Notes: a model not told the origin generated them from the letters alone. Positions 20,810 to 29,261 are shown, numbered from the stretch's first letter. The stretch is DNA of 64,000 nucleotides from an uncultured Acidimicrobiia bacterium (GCA_963785035.1 CAWATG010000015.1:30317-94316), one strand, 5' to 3'. A program made the numbers and translations.

Positions 20810-21156
20810 ACGTCCTGCTGATCCTCAACGACCCGCCCTATGGCACCGAGCGCTCCTTCAACGGGTTACGCCTGGCCGGCTCGCTCGTGGAGCGCGAAGG
20901 CGTCGCCGTGCGGGTGTTCCTCATCGGTGACGCGGTGGGCTGCGCGGTCGGGGGACAGCAGGTGCCCAACGGGTACTACCACCTCGACCGCATGGTCGAC
21001 GGTGCTGCCCGCCATGGCGCCGAGATCGGCTGCTGCGGCACCTGCCTCGATGCCCGCGGTCTGGGCGAGGACCTGCTCGTGAAAGGTGCCCGGCGGTCGA
21101 GCCTCGAGGAGCTCACCGACTGGGTGCTCTGGGCCGACCAGACCATCACGTTCTGA
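20806..21156 (+). CDS. DsrE/DsrF-family sulfur-relay protein
   Basis: 116 aa: MNVLLILNDPPYGTERSFNGLRLA...VFLIGDAVGCA...CGTCLDARG. The start overlaps the stop of the upstream gene (ATGA). Confidence 0.8.
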   Translation: MNVLLILNDPPYGTERSFNGLRLAGSLVEREGVAVRVFLIGDAVGCAVGGQQVPNGYYHLDRMVDGAARHGAEIGCCGTCLDARGLGEDLLVKGARRSSLEELTDWVLWADQTITF

Positions 21157-21169
21157 ATGGGGGTAGGGG

Positions 21170-22325
21170 ATGGGCTCGCGAACAGTCGTTGTGCTCGGTG
21201 GAGGCATCGGCGGCACCGTCGCCGCACGAAGGTTGCGCCGCGCCTTGGATCCCGCCGACCGGGTGGTGTTGATCGAGCGTGATCCCCTGTTCAAGTTCGC
21301 TCCGTCGTTTCTGTGGGCGATGAGCGGGGCGCGCCAGCCGCAGCAGATCACCCGTGATCTTCGCCGACTCCGAGCCAACGGGATCGAGGTGCTCGACGTC
21401 ACAGCCACCGCGATCGACCCCGCGAAGCGGACGGTCGACACGACAGCGGGCACGGTCACCGCCGACGCGCTGGTCATCGCGCTTGGCGCCGCGCTCGATC
21501 CCGGGGCCGTCCCCGGCTTCACCGAGACGGCTCACAACATCTACTCCCTCGACGGAGCTATGACTGCGGGTGGTGCTCTGCGGGCGATCGAGTCGGGCAC
21601 GGTCGCGGTGATGGTGTCGAGCACGCCGTTCAAGTGCCCGGCCGCGCCGTACGAGGCGGCGTTCCTCGCCCAGGGCCTCCTGCGTCGCCGTGGCCTCCAG
21701 GACCGGGTACGCGTCGACATCTACACCCCCGAAGCGCTGCCGATGCCGACGGCCGGTGCCGTGGTCGGTGAAGCCCTCGTCGATCTGCTCCACGCCCGCG
21801 GTATCGGATTCCACCCCGGTCGAACCATCGACCGCATCGACAGCGACGCCGAACGCGCTGCGCTTCAGCGACGGGACCGACACCCACGCCGACGTGATCC
21901 TCGGCGTTCCCGCGCACCGCCCCCCGCAGGTCATCACCACGAGTGCCGTGACCGCCGACGGCGGGTTCATCCCGGTCGACCGGAACACCCTCGCTACCGC
22001 CCACCCAGGCGTGTACGCCATCGGCGACGTCACCGCCATCCCGATCGCCGGTGCCAAGATGCTCCCCAAAGCAGGGGTGTTCGCCGAAGCCGAGGCCGAT
22101 GTCGTCGCCAAGCGCATTGCCGCCGAGTGGCAGGGCCGGCCCCAGAACGCCATCTTCGACGGCGTCGGCGCGTGTTTCGTCGAGTTGGGCGACGGTGCCG
22201 CCGCCTATGCCGCGGGGGACTTCTACGCTGCCGACGGCCCGGCGGTGAAGATGCGCCGACCGGGCCGGCACTGGCACCTGGCCAAGGTCGCGTTCGAGCA
22301 GTACTGGCTCCGCCGATGGACCTGA
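21170..22325 (+). pseudogene. Sulfide:quinone oxidoreductase-like FAD-dependent oxidoreductase, one frameshift
   Basis: VVVLGGGIGG...FKCPAAPYEAAF (ORF 21170-22567) continues as ALRFSDGTDTHADVILGVPAHR...VYAIGDVTAIP...GVFAEAEA (ORF 21690-22325). The frame change is near 21845-21855. Confidence 0.75.
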
Positions 22326-22567
22326 TCGCCGCCCACCCAAACCACTCCGTTGCCAACACCTCGCACCACCTCACACGGCTGCGCGCGGCCGGCATCGTCA
22401 GCTCCCGAAAGCACGGCACCCACGTGGCCAACGCGCTCGCCGCGAGCGAGAACCCCGAGCGGCTCCACGGTGAAGCGGCGTTCGCTGCGTTGTGCGGAGC
22501 GATTCAATTGCTCGCCACCGTCACACCCTGCTCATTGGAAATCCGAAGAGCCGCCTATATGGATTAG
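22325..22567 (+). pseudogene. Mosaic of gene fragments: ArsR-like HTH piece plus IS110-family transposase piece
   Basis: The tail of ORF 21170-22567 reads SVANTSHHLTRLRAAGIVSSRKHGTHV (ArsR recognition-helix pattern), then PERLHGEAAFAALCGA (conserved IS110 C-terminal motif). Both are far too short to be functional. Confidence 0.45.
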
Positions 22568-22633
22568 GGGAATCTCCGATAAGAGGATCAGATATCAGGT
22601 AGACGTCTCTGAAAGCGGATAGAGGAGTCAGTC

Positions 22634-22867
22634 ATAGACATTCGAGTCGGTAAACGTGCGCAGATCGTCATACCTGTCGAGATCAGGAAGCGTCTTGGCG
22701 TGGAGGAAGGCGACCTGTTGCATGCGGAGATCGATGCACAGGGCAGGATCGTGCTGGAACCGGTCCCCCGAGACCCTCTTGAACGATTGAAGCGAGCGGG
22801 CGCCGGGCTCTACGCGGGCGTGGACGCCGTCGAGGCCCAGCGCCGAATTCGAGACGAGTGGGATCGG
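22634..22867 (+). CDS. vapB: AbrB/SpoVT-type antitoxin (VapB-like) with no canonical start codon
   Basis: Not in the ORF track. My hand translation gives (I)DIRVGKRAQIVIPVEIRKRLGVEEGDLLHAEIDAQGRIVLEPVPRDPLERLKRAGAGLYAGVDAVEAQRRIRDEWDR. The RBS AGAGGAG lies 6 nt upstream of an ATA codon at 22634. The stop overlaps the vapC start region. Confidence 0.65.
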
Positions 22868-23304
22868 TGACGCTTCCAGGGGTGGTCGCTATTGATACGA
22901 ACTGCTTCATTTACTTCTTCGAGGGAGATGACCAGCGCTCGGAATACCTTGCGCGTGAACTGTTCGAACCGATGACGCGGGGGCAGCGGCAAGGGGTGGC
23001 ATCGGTGCTTGCTCTCTCCGAGCTCCTTGCCTATCCGTACCAGCTCGGGCGTGACGACCGCGCGCATGAGTTGCGGGCAGCGATGGTTGCCATGCCCGGC
23101 TTGTCTATTCGGGATGTAGATGCGGATGTCGCAGATCGGGCAGCGAGCCTCCGTTCCCTCCACGGACTCCGCCTTCCGGATGCGATACAAGTTGCGACCG
23201 CGCTGGAAAGTGGAGCAGCCGCGTTTCTTACCAACGATCGCGAGCTGCTTCGTGCGCAGCAGAGCGTCGAGGTCCTGCTTCTCGACGACATCGCCGGCCT
23301 GTAA
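22858..23304 (+). CDS. vapC: PIN-domain toxin VapC
   Basis: VVAIDTNCFIYFFEG...SVLALSELLAYP...LRLPDAIQVATALESGAAAFLTNDRELL (PIN acidic residues). The start is either ATG 22858 or the overlapping GTG 22867. Confidence 0.85.
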   Translation: MGSVTLPGVVAIDTNCFIYFFEGDDQRSEYLARELFEPMTRGQRQGVASVLALSELLAYPYQLGRDDRAHELRAAMVAMPGLSIRDVDADVADRAASLRSLHGLRLPDAIQVATALESGAAAFLTNDRELLRAQQSVEVLLLDDIAGL

Positions 23305-23336
23305 CGCGTCCGCTGTTGCGGACATGATCGAGTGAA

Positions 23337-23534
23337 ATGGATGCGCCGTCGCGCTTTCGCGCGCTGAGGAATCGTTGGGCGGCACCGAAGAACAAGGCGC
23401 CGTCGAGACGCGGGTTTATCTGGAAGCAGGGCGACTGCGGCCAAGCCAGCTTCCACGCCGAAGCCGAAGGCGTCACCCTCGACTTCAGCGACAGCAACTG
23501 GATCTACTACGACTTCGACTGGACCAACCAGTAG
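23337..23534 (+). CDS. Orphan 65-aa ORF (hypothetical; possibly chimeric)
   Basis: The C-terminal half (IWKQGDCGQASFHAEAEGVTLDFSDSNWIYYDFDWTNQ) uses almost only G/C-ending codons, like real genes in this window. The N-terminal half runs through the 43-bp repeat. I recognise no homology. Confidence 0.3.
   Translation: MDAPSRFRALRNRWAAPKNKAPSRRGFIWKQGDCGQASFHAEAEGVTLDFSDSNWIYYDFDWTNQ
23365..23407. repeat. 43-bp exact copy of a sulP (STAS-region) segment
   Basis: tgaggaatcgttgggcggcaccgaagaacaaggcgccgtcgag is identical to 26128-26170 in the same orientation. The flanks on both sides are unrelated. Confidence 0.9.
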
Positions 23535-23627
23535 ATCGAGCGGTGATCGCGAGCGGCAACGCTGCGACTACCCCTTTCGGCGGCGCGTCGGGCGAATGGT
23601 GGATTCGGGGCGGTCGGCGTATCGGTA

Positions 23628-23665
23628 AAACCACTGAGACGCCGACCTGTCGGTTTCAGTGGTTT
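23628..23665. terminator. Strong stem-loop (10-bp perfect outer stem)
   Basis: AAACCACTGA...TCAGTGGTTT with an inner CCGA/TCGG helix. It is followed by TTTG on the plus strand and TTTTAC on the minus strand, and lies in a non-coding stretch before the SnoaL gene. Confidence 0.35.
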
Positions 23666-23729
23666 GCCCGATGCGTCCAAACCAAGCGCGTCGTACGGTC
23701 CAATCACACCAACGGACCGTGGAGGACCG

Positions 23730-24125
23730 ATGACTGAGCACCCGAACGTAGCGACCGTGAACAGGATGACCGCAGCGATCGTCGGCCAGGATCATGACAC
23801 CTTGGCCAAGATCTTCACCGACGACTTCGTGCTGCACATGCGCGGCCCGGTCCCGCCCGCCGGCGACCACTCCGGCGTTGGCGGTCTGCTGGAGGCGATC
23901 GGATCGCTGTTCGAGCTCACCGACGGCGAGGTCGATCTCGATCAGCAGGTGTGCGTGGGCGTCGACGGCTGGGCCTTCGAGTGGGAGCACGCCACCCTCG
24001 GCCGCAACAGCAAGACGCTGGAATCGAAGGACGCGTTCGTCTACCGCTTCGACAAGGATCGCATCGCCGAGATGTGGATGTTCTTCGGGGTGCTCCCCGA
24101 GGTCGCCGAGACGTTCTTTGCCTGA
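23730..24125 (+). CDS. SnoaL-like / NTF2-family protein
   Basis: Internal ATG after the RBS GGAGGA. The sequence reads MTEHPNVATVNRMTAAIVGQDHDTLAKIFTDDFVLHMRG...FVYRFDKDRIAEMWMF. Confidence 0.7.
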   Translation: MTEHPNVATVNRMTAAIVGQDHDTLAKIFTDDFVLHMRGPVPPAGDHSGVGGLLEAIGSLFELTDGEVDLDQQVCVGVDGWAFEWEHATLGRNSKTLESKDAFVYRFDKDRIAEMWMFFGVLPEVAETFFA

Positions 24126-24151
24126 CCGTCGAGATCGACGAGAATCTGTCC

Positions 24152-25765
24152 GTGGAGCCAGTGCTGGCGGCGGCCCGCGCCGCGTGTGACGAACGGCGCT
24201 GGGGTGATGCCCGGCGCGGCTTCGCCGAGCTCGCCGTCGACGATCTCGAGGTCGACGACCTCGACGCGTATGCGACCGCGGCGTTCCTGACCGGGAGCGA
24301 CGAGGCGGGGTTCGCGCTGTGGACGCGCGCCCACCTGCAGTGCGCGGGGGAGGGCTCAGTTCACCGCGGTGCGCACTTCGGTGTCCGCCTCGCTGAGTGC
24401 CTGTGTTTCAAGGGCGACGTCCCTCGGGCCAGCGGCTGGGTCGACCGCACCGCTCGGCTGCTTGAGGAGGCGAAGATCGACTGTGTCGAGCAGGGCTACC
24501 TCGAGCACGCGCTCGGGATGATCCGGATCTTCGAGCTCGGCGACCTCGCCGGCGCGCGAACTCATTTCGAGCAAGGACGCAAGATCGGTGCACGCTTCGG
24601 CGATCGGCAGCTCGTCACGCTGTCGCGTATCGGCGAGGGCCGAATGATGATCTACCTGGGCGACCACACTGATGGGCTCGCGCTGCTCGACGAAGCGGTG
24701 GTATCGATCGAGGCTGGAGAGTTGTCGCCCGTCGCGACCGGTGACGCGTACTGCACGATCATCGACGCGTGCGCCGAGCTGTCCGAGGTAGTCCGGTGCC
24801 GGTCCTGGACGGCGTCGATGCAGCAATGGTGCGATCTGCACCAGGAGCTCGTCTTGTATCGCGGGCACTGCTTCGTGCATGCGGCGGAGGTGCTTCGAGT
24901 GCTCGGCCGATGGCGCGACGGCATCGAAGCGGCACGCCAAGCGTGCGGCCGGCTCGCCGATCCCGTCCCGTCGATCCGCGGCGCGGCGTTGGGTCTTGAG
25001 GCAGATCTTCTGCGCCTGCTCGGCGACCTCGACGCGGCCGAGACCGCCTATGCCAGCGCCCACGAGCACGGGCACGAGCCCCAACCCGGCCTCGCGCTAC
25101 TTCACCTGACGCGTGGTCGCGTCGACATAGCAGCGGCGATGATCCGCCGTTCGCTGGGCGAGTCGGAAGGTCCCATTTTCCGGTCCCGGCTGCTCCCCGC
25201 GTATATCGACATCATGCTGAGGAGCGGCGACATCGACAGTGCGCGAGCGGCCAGCGAGGAACTTCGCGACATCGCATTCGAGTTGGGCGTCGCGGTGCTC
25301 CGAGCCCAAGCCGCGCTCGCAGCCGGAGCACTGCTGCTCCGAGGCGGCGACCCGGCCGCTGCGCTCGTCGAGCTTCGCCGTGCGCTCCGTACGTTCAACG
25401 AACTTTGCGCAAACGAGGAGACTCCCCGCACCCGGCTGCTGATCGCCGAAGCCTGCCGGGCGCTTGGCGACGACGCCTCCGCCGACCTCGAGGAGGCCGC
25501 GGCTCGAGCCGCGATCACGTCGTTCCAGCTCTCCGGCGGAGACGAACCCGATCAGGTCAACCTCGATCTCCCTGGCGGGCTGACCCAGCGCGAGGTTGAA
25601 GTGCTCCTGCTCTTGGCGAGTGGCAAGACCAACCGCGTGATCGGAGAGACACTCTTCATCGCCGAGAAGACCGTCGCCAGCCACGTAAGCCACATCTTCA
25701 CCAAACTTGGCATTACCTCGCGCTCAGCAGCGACCGCCTACGCCTACGACAAGGGGCTGATCTGA
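24152..25765 (+). CDS. LuxR-family regulator with a long helical/TPR-like N-terminal region and no ATPase domain
   Basis: The C-terminus reads LTQREVEVLLLLASGKTNRVIGETLFIAEKTVASHVSHIFTKLGITSRSAATAYA (GerE HTH). Upstream are ~470 aa of Leu/Ala-rich repeats. The GTG start at 24152 is an inference. Confidence 0.75.
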   Translation: MEPVLAAARAACDERRWGDARRGFAELAVDDLEVDDLDAYATAAFLTGSDEAGFALWTRAHLQCAGEGSVHRGAHFGVRLAECLCFKGDVPRASGWVDRTARLLEEAKIDCVEQGYLEHALGMIRIFELGDLAGARTHFEQGRKIGARFGDRQLVTLSRIGEGRMMIYLGDHTDGLALLDEAVVSIEAGELSPVATGDAYCTIIDACAELSEVVRCRSWTASMQQWCDLHQELVLYRGHCFVHAAEVLRVLGRWRDGIEAARQACGRLADPVPSIRGAALGLEADLLRLLGDLDAAETAYASAHEHGHEPQPGLALLHLTRGRVDIAAAMIRRSLGESEGPIFRSRLLPAYIDIMLRSGDIDSARAASEELRDIAFELGVAVLRAQAALAAGALLLRGGDPAAALVELRRALRTFNELCANEETPRTRLLIAEACRALGDDASADLEEAAARAAITSFQLSGGDEPDQVNLDLPGGLTQREVEVLLLLASGKTNRVIGETLFIAEKTVASHVSHIFTKLGITSRSAATAYAYDKGLI

Positions 25766-25813
25766 CGGCGCGCTCCACGCTCACCTCGTGGCGGCGGTCT
25801 ACGCCTTACCGGG

Positions 25814-27589
25814 TCAACCGTCCCCAGACGCGGCGGCTCTGTTCGCGTTGTGGTGTGGTCCTCGTGCGACGTGCAGCTGTGCGTGTGCCAGTGCCGTTTC
25901 GAAGGTGCTGAAGAGGTGGTTCTCGTGGGCGAGACGGTCGAGAGCACCAACTGCTCGGAGGATCTTGAGGTGTTCGGCGCTGGGTCCTTTGAGCAGAACG
26001 GTGATGCCGCGTCGTTCGAGCTCGGTGACGATCTCACCCAATGCGTGCGCGCCGGTGGCGTCGAGCATCTGCAGGTGGGGGAGGCGCAGGATCACGACGC
26101 GGACGTCCGCGATGCTGGTGAGCTCGGTGAGGAATCGTTGGGCGGCACCGAAGAACAAGGCGCCGTCGAGGCGGTAGGCGACGATGTGGTCGGACAACAA
26201 CGCTTGCTCGGACTCGGCGGTGACTTCCGGTGTGCTCGTGCCGTTCGTCGCGACGATTGGCTCGCGCACGGCGGTGGCGGTGCGCGCCATTGCGCGTAAC
26301 GCGAGGAGCACGGCGACACCGAGGCCGATCTCGACCGCCAGGATCAGATCGAAGACGATCGTCGCGGCGGCGGTGAGACTCAGAACCAGCGCATCGGCAC
26401 GCGTGGAACGCAACACCGCGCGGACATTGTGGATCTCGACCATGCGCATCGCGGTGACCATGAGCACCCCGGCGAGCGCGGCCAATGGGATCTTGGCCAC
26501 GAGCGGTCCACCGAAGTACACGACTCCGATCAGCACCAACGCGTGGACGATCGCGGCGAGTCGTGTCCGGGCGCCTGCCCGCACGTTGACCGCGGTGCGT
26601 GCGATCGCGCCCGTCGCCGGCATCCCGCCGAACAACGGCGACGCGAGGTTCGCAAGACCCTGACCGAACAGCTCCCGGTCGGGGTCATGGCGTCCCGTGT
26701 CAGCCATGCCATCGGCGACCTTCGCGGACAGCAAGCTCTCCAACGCGCCGAGCACCGCGACTGCCAACGCGGCGGAGAACAGCTCGCTGATCCGTTGCGT
26801 CGAGACCGACGGAAACGACGGCATCGGTAACGAGCCGGGCAGGGAGCCGATTCGTGCAATCTCGAACTCGGCGAGCTGCGCCACGATCGTCGCCCCCACG
26901 ACTGCCACCAACGAGCCCGGCAGCGACCGATGGATTCGAGGGGCCAGCACCATCACCAGCGCGACCAGCGCGACGATCCCGATCGCGGCGACCTTCCCGT
27001 CGTCGAAGGCGTCCCTCGCGGCGCGTAATGCGACCAGCGCAGTGTTCTCTCCTTCGGGTTTCGGCACCCCGAGCGCGGAGGGGACCTGCTGCAAGAAGAT
27101 GATCACCGCGATTCCCACGGTGAAGCCCTCGATCAGGGGCCATGGGATGTAGGCGACGAAACGCCCCACCCGCGCGAATGCAGCCACGACGATCAGCACC
27201 CCGGCCATGAGCCCGACCAGGTAGACCGCGTCGACGCCGTAGCGGCTCACGATCGGGACGAGGACCACCGTCATGGCGCCCGTCGGACCCGACACCTGGA
27301 CGTTGGACCCGCCGAAGATCCCCGCCACCAGTCCGGCGACGATGGCGGTCATCAAGCCGGCTTCCGCGCCGAGGCCCGTCGCGATGCCAAAGGCCAATGC
27401 CAAGGGCAACGCGACGACGCCCACCGTGATACCGGCCACCACATCGCCACGCCACGACCGAGCCAGCCCCGAATAGTCCGCTCGGCGCGGGAGCAACCGC
27501 TGCAGCGACGCCGAGCCGGCGCCCGCCCATCGTCTCGGCCCGCTGCTCTCGTCCGGTCTCCGGGAGGATCCTCCCGGCTGCGTGGTCAC
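25814..27589 (-). CDS. SulP-family anion (sulfate) permease with a C-terminal STAS domain
   Basis: 591 aa, multi-TM, with the SulP motifs (GIFGGSNVQVSGPTGAM, FGGMPATGAIARTAVN) and STAS (YRLDGALFFGAAQRFL...LDATGAHAL). Confidence 0.9.
   Translation of the reverse strand: MTTQPGGSSRRPDESSGPRRWAGAGSASLQRLLPRRADYSGLARSWRGDVVAGITVGVVALPLALAFGIATGLGAEAGLMTAIVAGLVAGIFGGSNVQVSGPTGAMTVVLVPIVSRYGVDAVYLVGLMAGVLIVVAAFARVGRFVAYIPWPLIEGFTVGIAVIIFLQQVPSALGVPKPEGENTALVALRAARDAFDDGKVAAIGIVALVALVMVLAPRIHRSLPGSLVAVVGATIVAQLAEFEIARIGSLPGSLPMPSFPSVSTQRISELFSAALAVAVLGALESLLSAKVADGMADTGRHDPDRELFGQGLANLASPLFGGMPATGAIARTAVNVRAGARTRLAAIVHALVLIGVVYFGGPLVAKIPLAALAGVLMVTAMRMVEIHNVRAVLRSTRADALVLSLTAAATIVFDLILAVEIGLGVAVLLALRAMARTATAVREPIVATNGTSTPEVTAESEQALLSDHIVAYRLDGALFFGAAQRFLTELTSIADVRVVILRLPHLQMLDATGAHALGEIVTELERRGITVLLKGPSAEHLKILRAVGALDRLAHENHLFSTFETALAHAQLHVARGPHHNANRAAASGDG
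26128..26170. repeat. 43-bp segment inside sulP, identical to 23365-23407
   Basis: It encodes LDGALFFGAAQRFL of the STAS domain on the minus strand. Confidence 0.9.
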
Positions 27590-27951
27590 GAGGTGCCGGC
27601 GGCGATGCGCAACCCTGCGAGCAGCTCCGTCGATTCGGTGAGCGAATGGATCAGCACCCGCTTCGCCACCGCCAGCAGCTCGCTCAGCGCCGGATCACGG
27701 ATCGCGTAGTACACCGAGGATCCTTCCTTGCGGGTCGTGACCAAACCCGCTCGACGCAGCACCCCCAGCTGTTGGGAGAGATGCGACGACTCGATCCCGA
27801 CGAGTGGCTGCATCTCGCCGACCGAGCGCTCCCCGTCGGAGAGCACTTCGAGCACCCGAATCCGAGCCGGATGCGCCAACGCCCGGAACAGCTCGGCCTT
27901 GATCTCCGAGATCGGCTGGCTCAACGCCGCTTCCAGTTCACGCTCCGGCAT
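27586..27951 (-). CDS. ArsR/SmtB-family regulator co-oriented with sulP
   Basis: MPERELEAALSQPISEIKAELFRALAHPARIRVLEVLSDGERSVGEMQPLVGIESSHLSQQLGVLRRAGLVTTRKEGSSVYY. A GGAGG RBS is present. Its stop overlaps the sulP start. Confidence 0.85.
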   Translation of the reverse strand: MPERELEAALSQPISEIKAELFRALAHPARIRVLEVLSDGERSVGEMQPLVGIESSHLSQQLGVLRRAGLVTTRKEGSSVYYAIRDPALSELLAVAKRVLIHSLTESTELLAGLRIAAGTS

Positions 27952-28232
27952 CGAAACCTCCGTTTGACCCGACCAATGAGGAGTCCCGCCGTACGCGGGA
28001 ATCACAATATGACAACTTTATCAGATGATGTGTCGCTTGATTACTGGAGTGTGGGCATGTCAGGAGGTCCTGCGCCAAGCACCAACGCGAAGCGCGTCGC
28101 AAGCGGCACCGTCCGCCCAGATATCGGCGCGTACGGAGCGCTCTCGGCGTGGCTTGTTACGGCTGTGGCCGTCCTGATCGACTCCCTTGACGGGTTCCGG
28201 TCTCCGGTCGCGACGATGTCCTCAACGGTGGG

Positions 28233-29261
28233 TCATGGCTGGGTACCGCCGGCTTCCGGCCACGGATGCACGATGACGTTGCCGCGCTTGTGACCGCTGT
28301 CGACGCGGCGATAGGCATCGACGATGTGTTCGAGGTCGTAGGCGCCGTCATATACGACGGTGAGGTCACCGCGGGCAACGAGATCGAGGAGGAATTCAAT
28401 GTCAGCGACGCGTTCGGGAGCAGAGCCCGTCACCACGTTCCCGTGGGGGCGGATGGTGTCCCAAAGACTCGCCACCGCGAGCACAAGCACTCCGCCTTCG
28501 GCGAGGAGGCGGCGACCCGAGTCGATGGTGAGGTTCCCGACGCAGTCGAACACGGCGTCGAAGCGGGCGTCAGTGGCGGCGAGGTCGTCGCTCGTGTAGT
28601 CGATCACGCGGTCGACGCCAAGACTGGCAACGAGCTCCGTGTTGGCGGCACTGGTCACCGCGGTGACGTTCGCCCCGAAATGCTTCGCGAGCTGCACCGC
28701 GTTGGACCCCACAGCGCCGGATGCGCCGTTCACGAGCACGGTCTTGCCTGATGTGACCGACGCCTTGTCACGAAGGAAGTACAGCGCCGCGGTGCCACCG
28801 AAGATTACGCCGACCGCGTCGTCGAGCGACACGCCCACCGGCACGCGCGCCAGGCGGTCGGCACGCGCCACGACGAACTCAGCGTGGGTGCCGAACTTCG
28901 TGCCGGTCATGCCACACACGGCCTGGCCCGGTGCAAACGCTGCAACGTCAGTCCCGACAGCTTCCACAATGCCGCAGAAGGTGCTGCCGAGGATCTGGCG
29001 ACGAGGCCGGGTGACGCCGAAAAACAAGCGAACCAACGGCCCGAACCCTGCGGGGAACCGAGCGCCTCGGATACGCGCGTCGCCGGAGGTGACCGCGGCC
29101 GCGTGGACGCGCACGAGTACCTCGTTATCGGCTGGATGTGGCCGTCGAACCTCTGCAATACGCACGACTTCGGGCGGCCCGTAGCGGTCAACAACTGCTG
29201 CCCGCATCAGCCGAGGCGCGGTCCCTTCGCTGGTCGGGGTCCTGTGTCCGCTCGTCGCCAT
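28233..29261 (-). CDS. Medium-chain (zinc-type/quinone oxidoreductase-like) NAD(P)-dependent dehydrogenase
   Basis: 342 aa with the MDR pattern: VLVRVHAAAVTSGD...GKTVLVNGASGAVGSNAVQLAK. Confidence 0.85.
   Translation of the reverse strand: MATSGHRTPTSEGTAPRLMRAAVVDRYGPPEVVRIAEVRRPHPADNEVLVRVHAAAVTSGDARIRGARFPAGFGPLVRLFFGVTRPRRQILGSTFCGIVEAVGTDVAAFAPGQAVCGMTGTKFGTHAEFVVARADRLARVPVGVSLDDAVGVIFGGTAALYFLRDKASVTSGKTVLVNGASGAVGSNAVQLAKHFGANVTAVTSAANTELVASLGVDRVIDYTSDDLAATDARFDAVFDCVGNLTIDSGRRLLAEGGVLVLAVASLWDTIRPHGNVVTGSAPERVADIEFLLDLVARGDLTVVYDGAYDLEHIVDAYRRVDSGHKRGNVIVHPWPEAGGTQP

Noticed and set aside
23365-26170. The 43-bp direct repeats interpreted as attL/attR of an integrated mobile element.
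   Set aside because: No integrase, recombinase, excisionase or transfer gene lies between or beside the repeats, and no displaced sulP 3' end is visible beyond the upstream copy. I kept it as an unexplained recombination footprint instead.
28059-28293. A 78-codon plus-strand ORF with one hydrophobic segment between the arsR/sulP operon and the dehydrogenase gene.
   Set aside because: Its codon bias is only moderate, it has no family resemblance, and its end overlaps the convergent dehydrogenase gene. The evidence is insufficient to call it.
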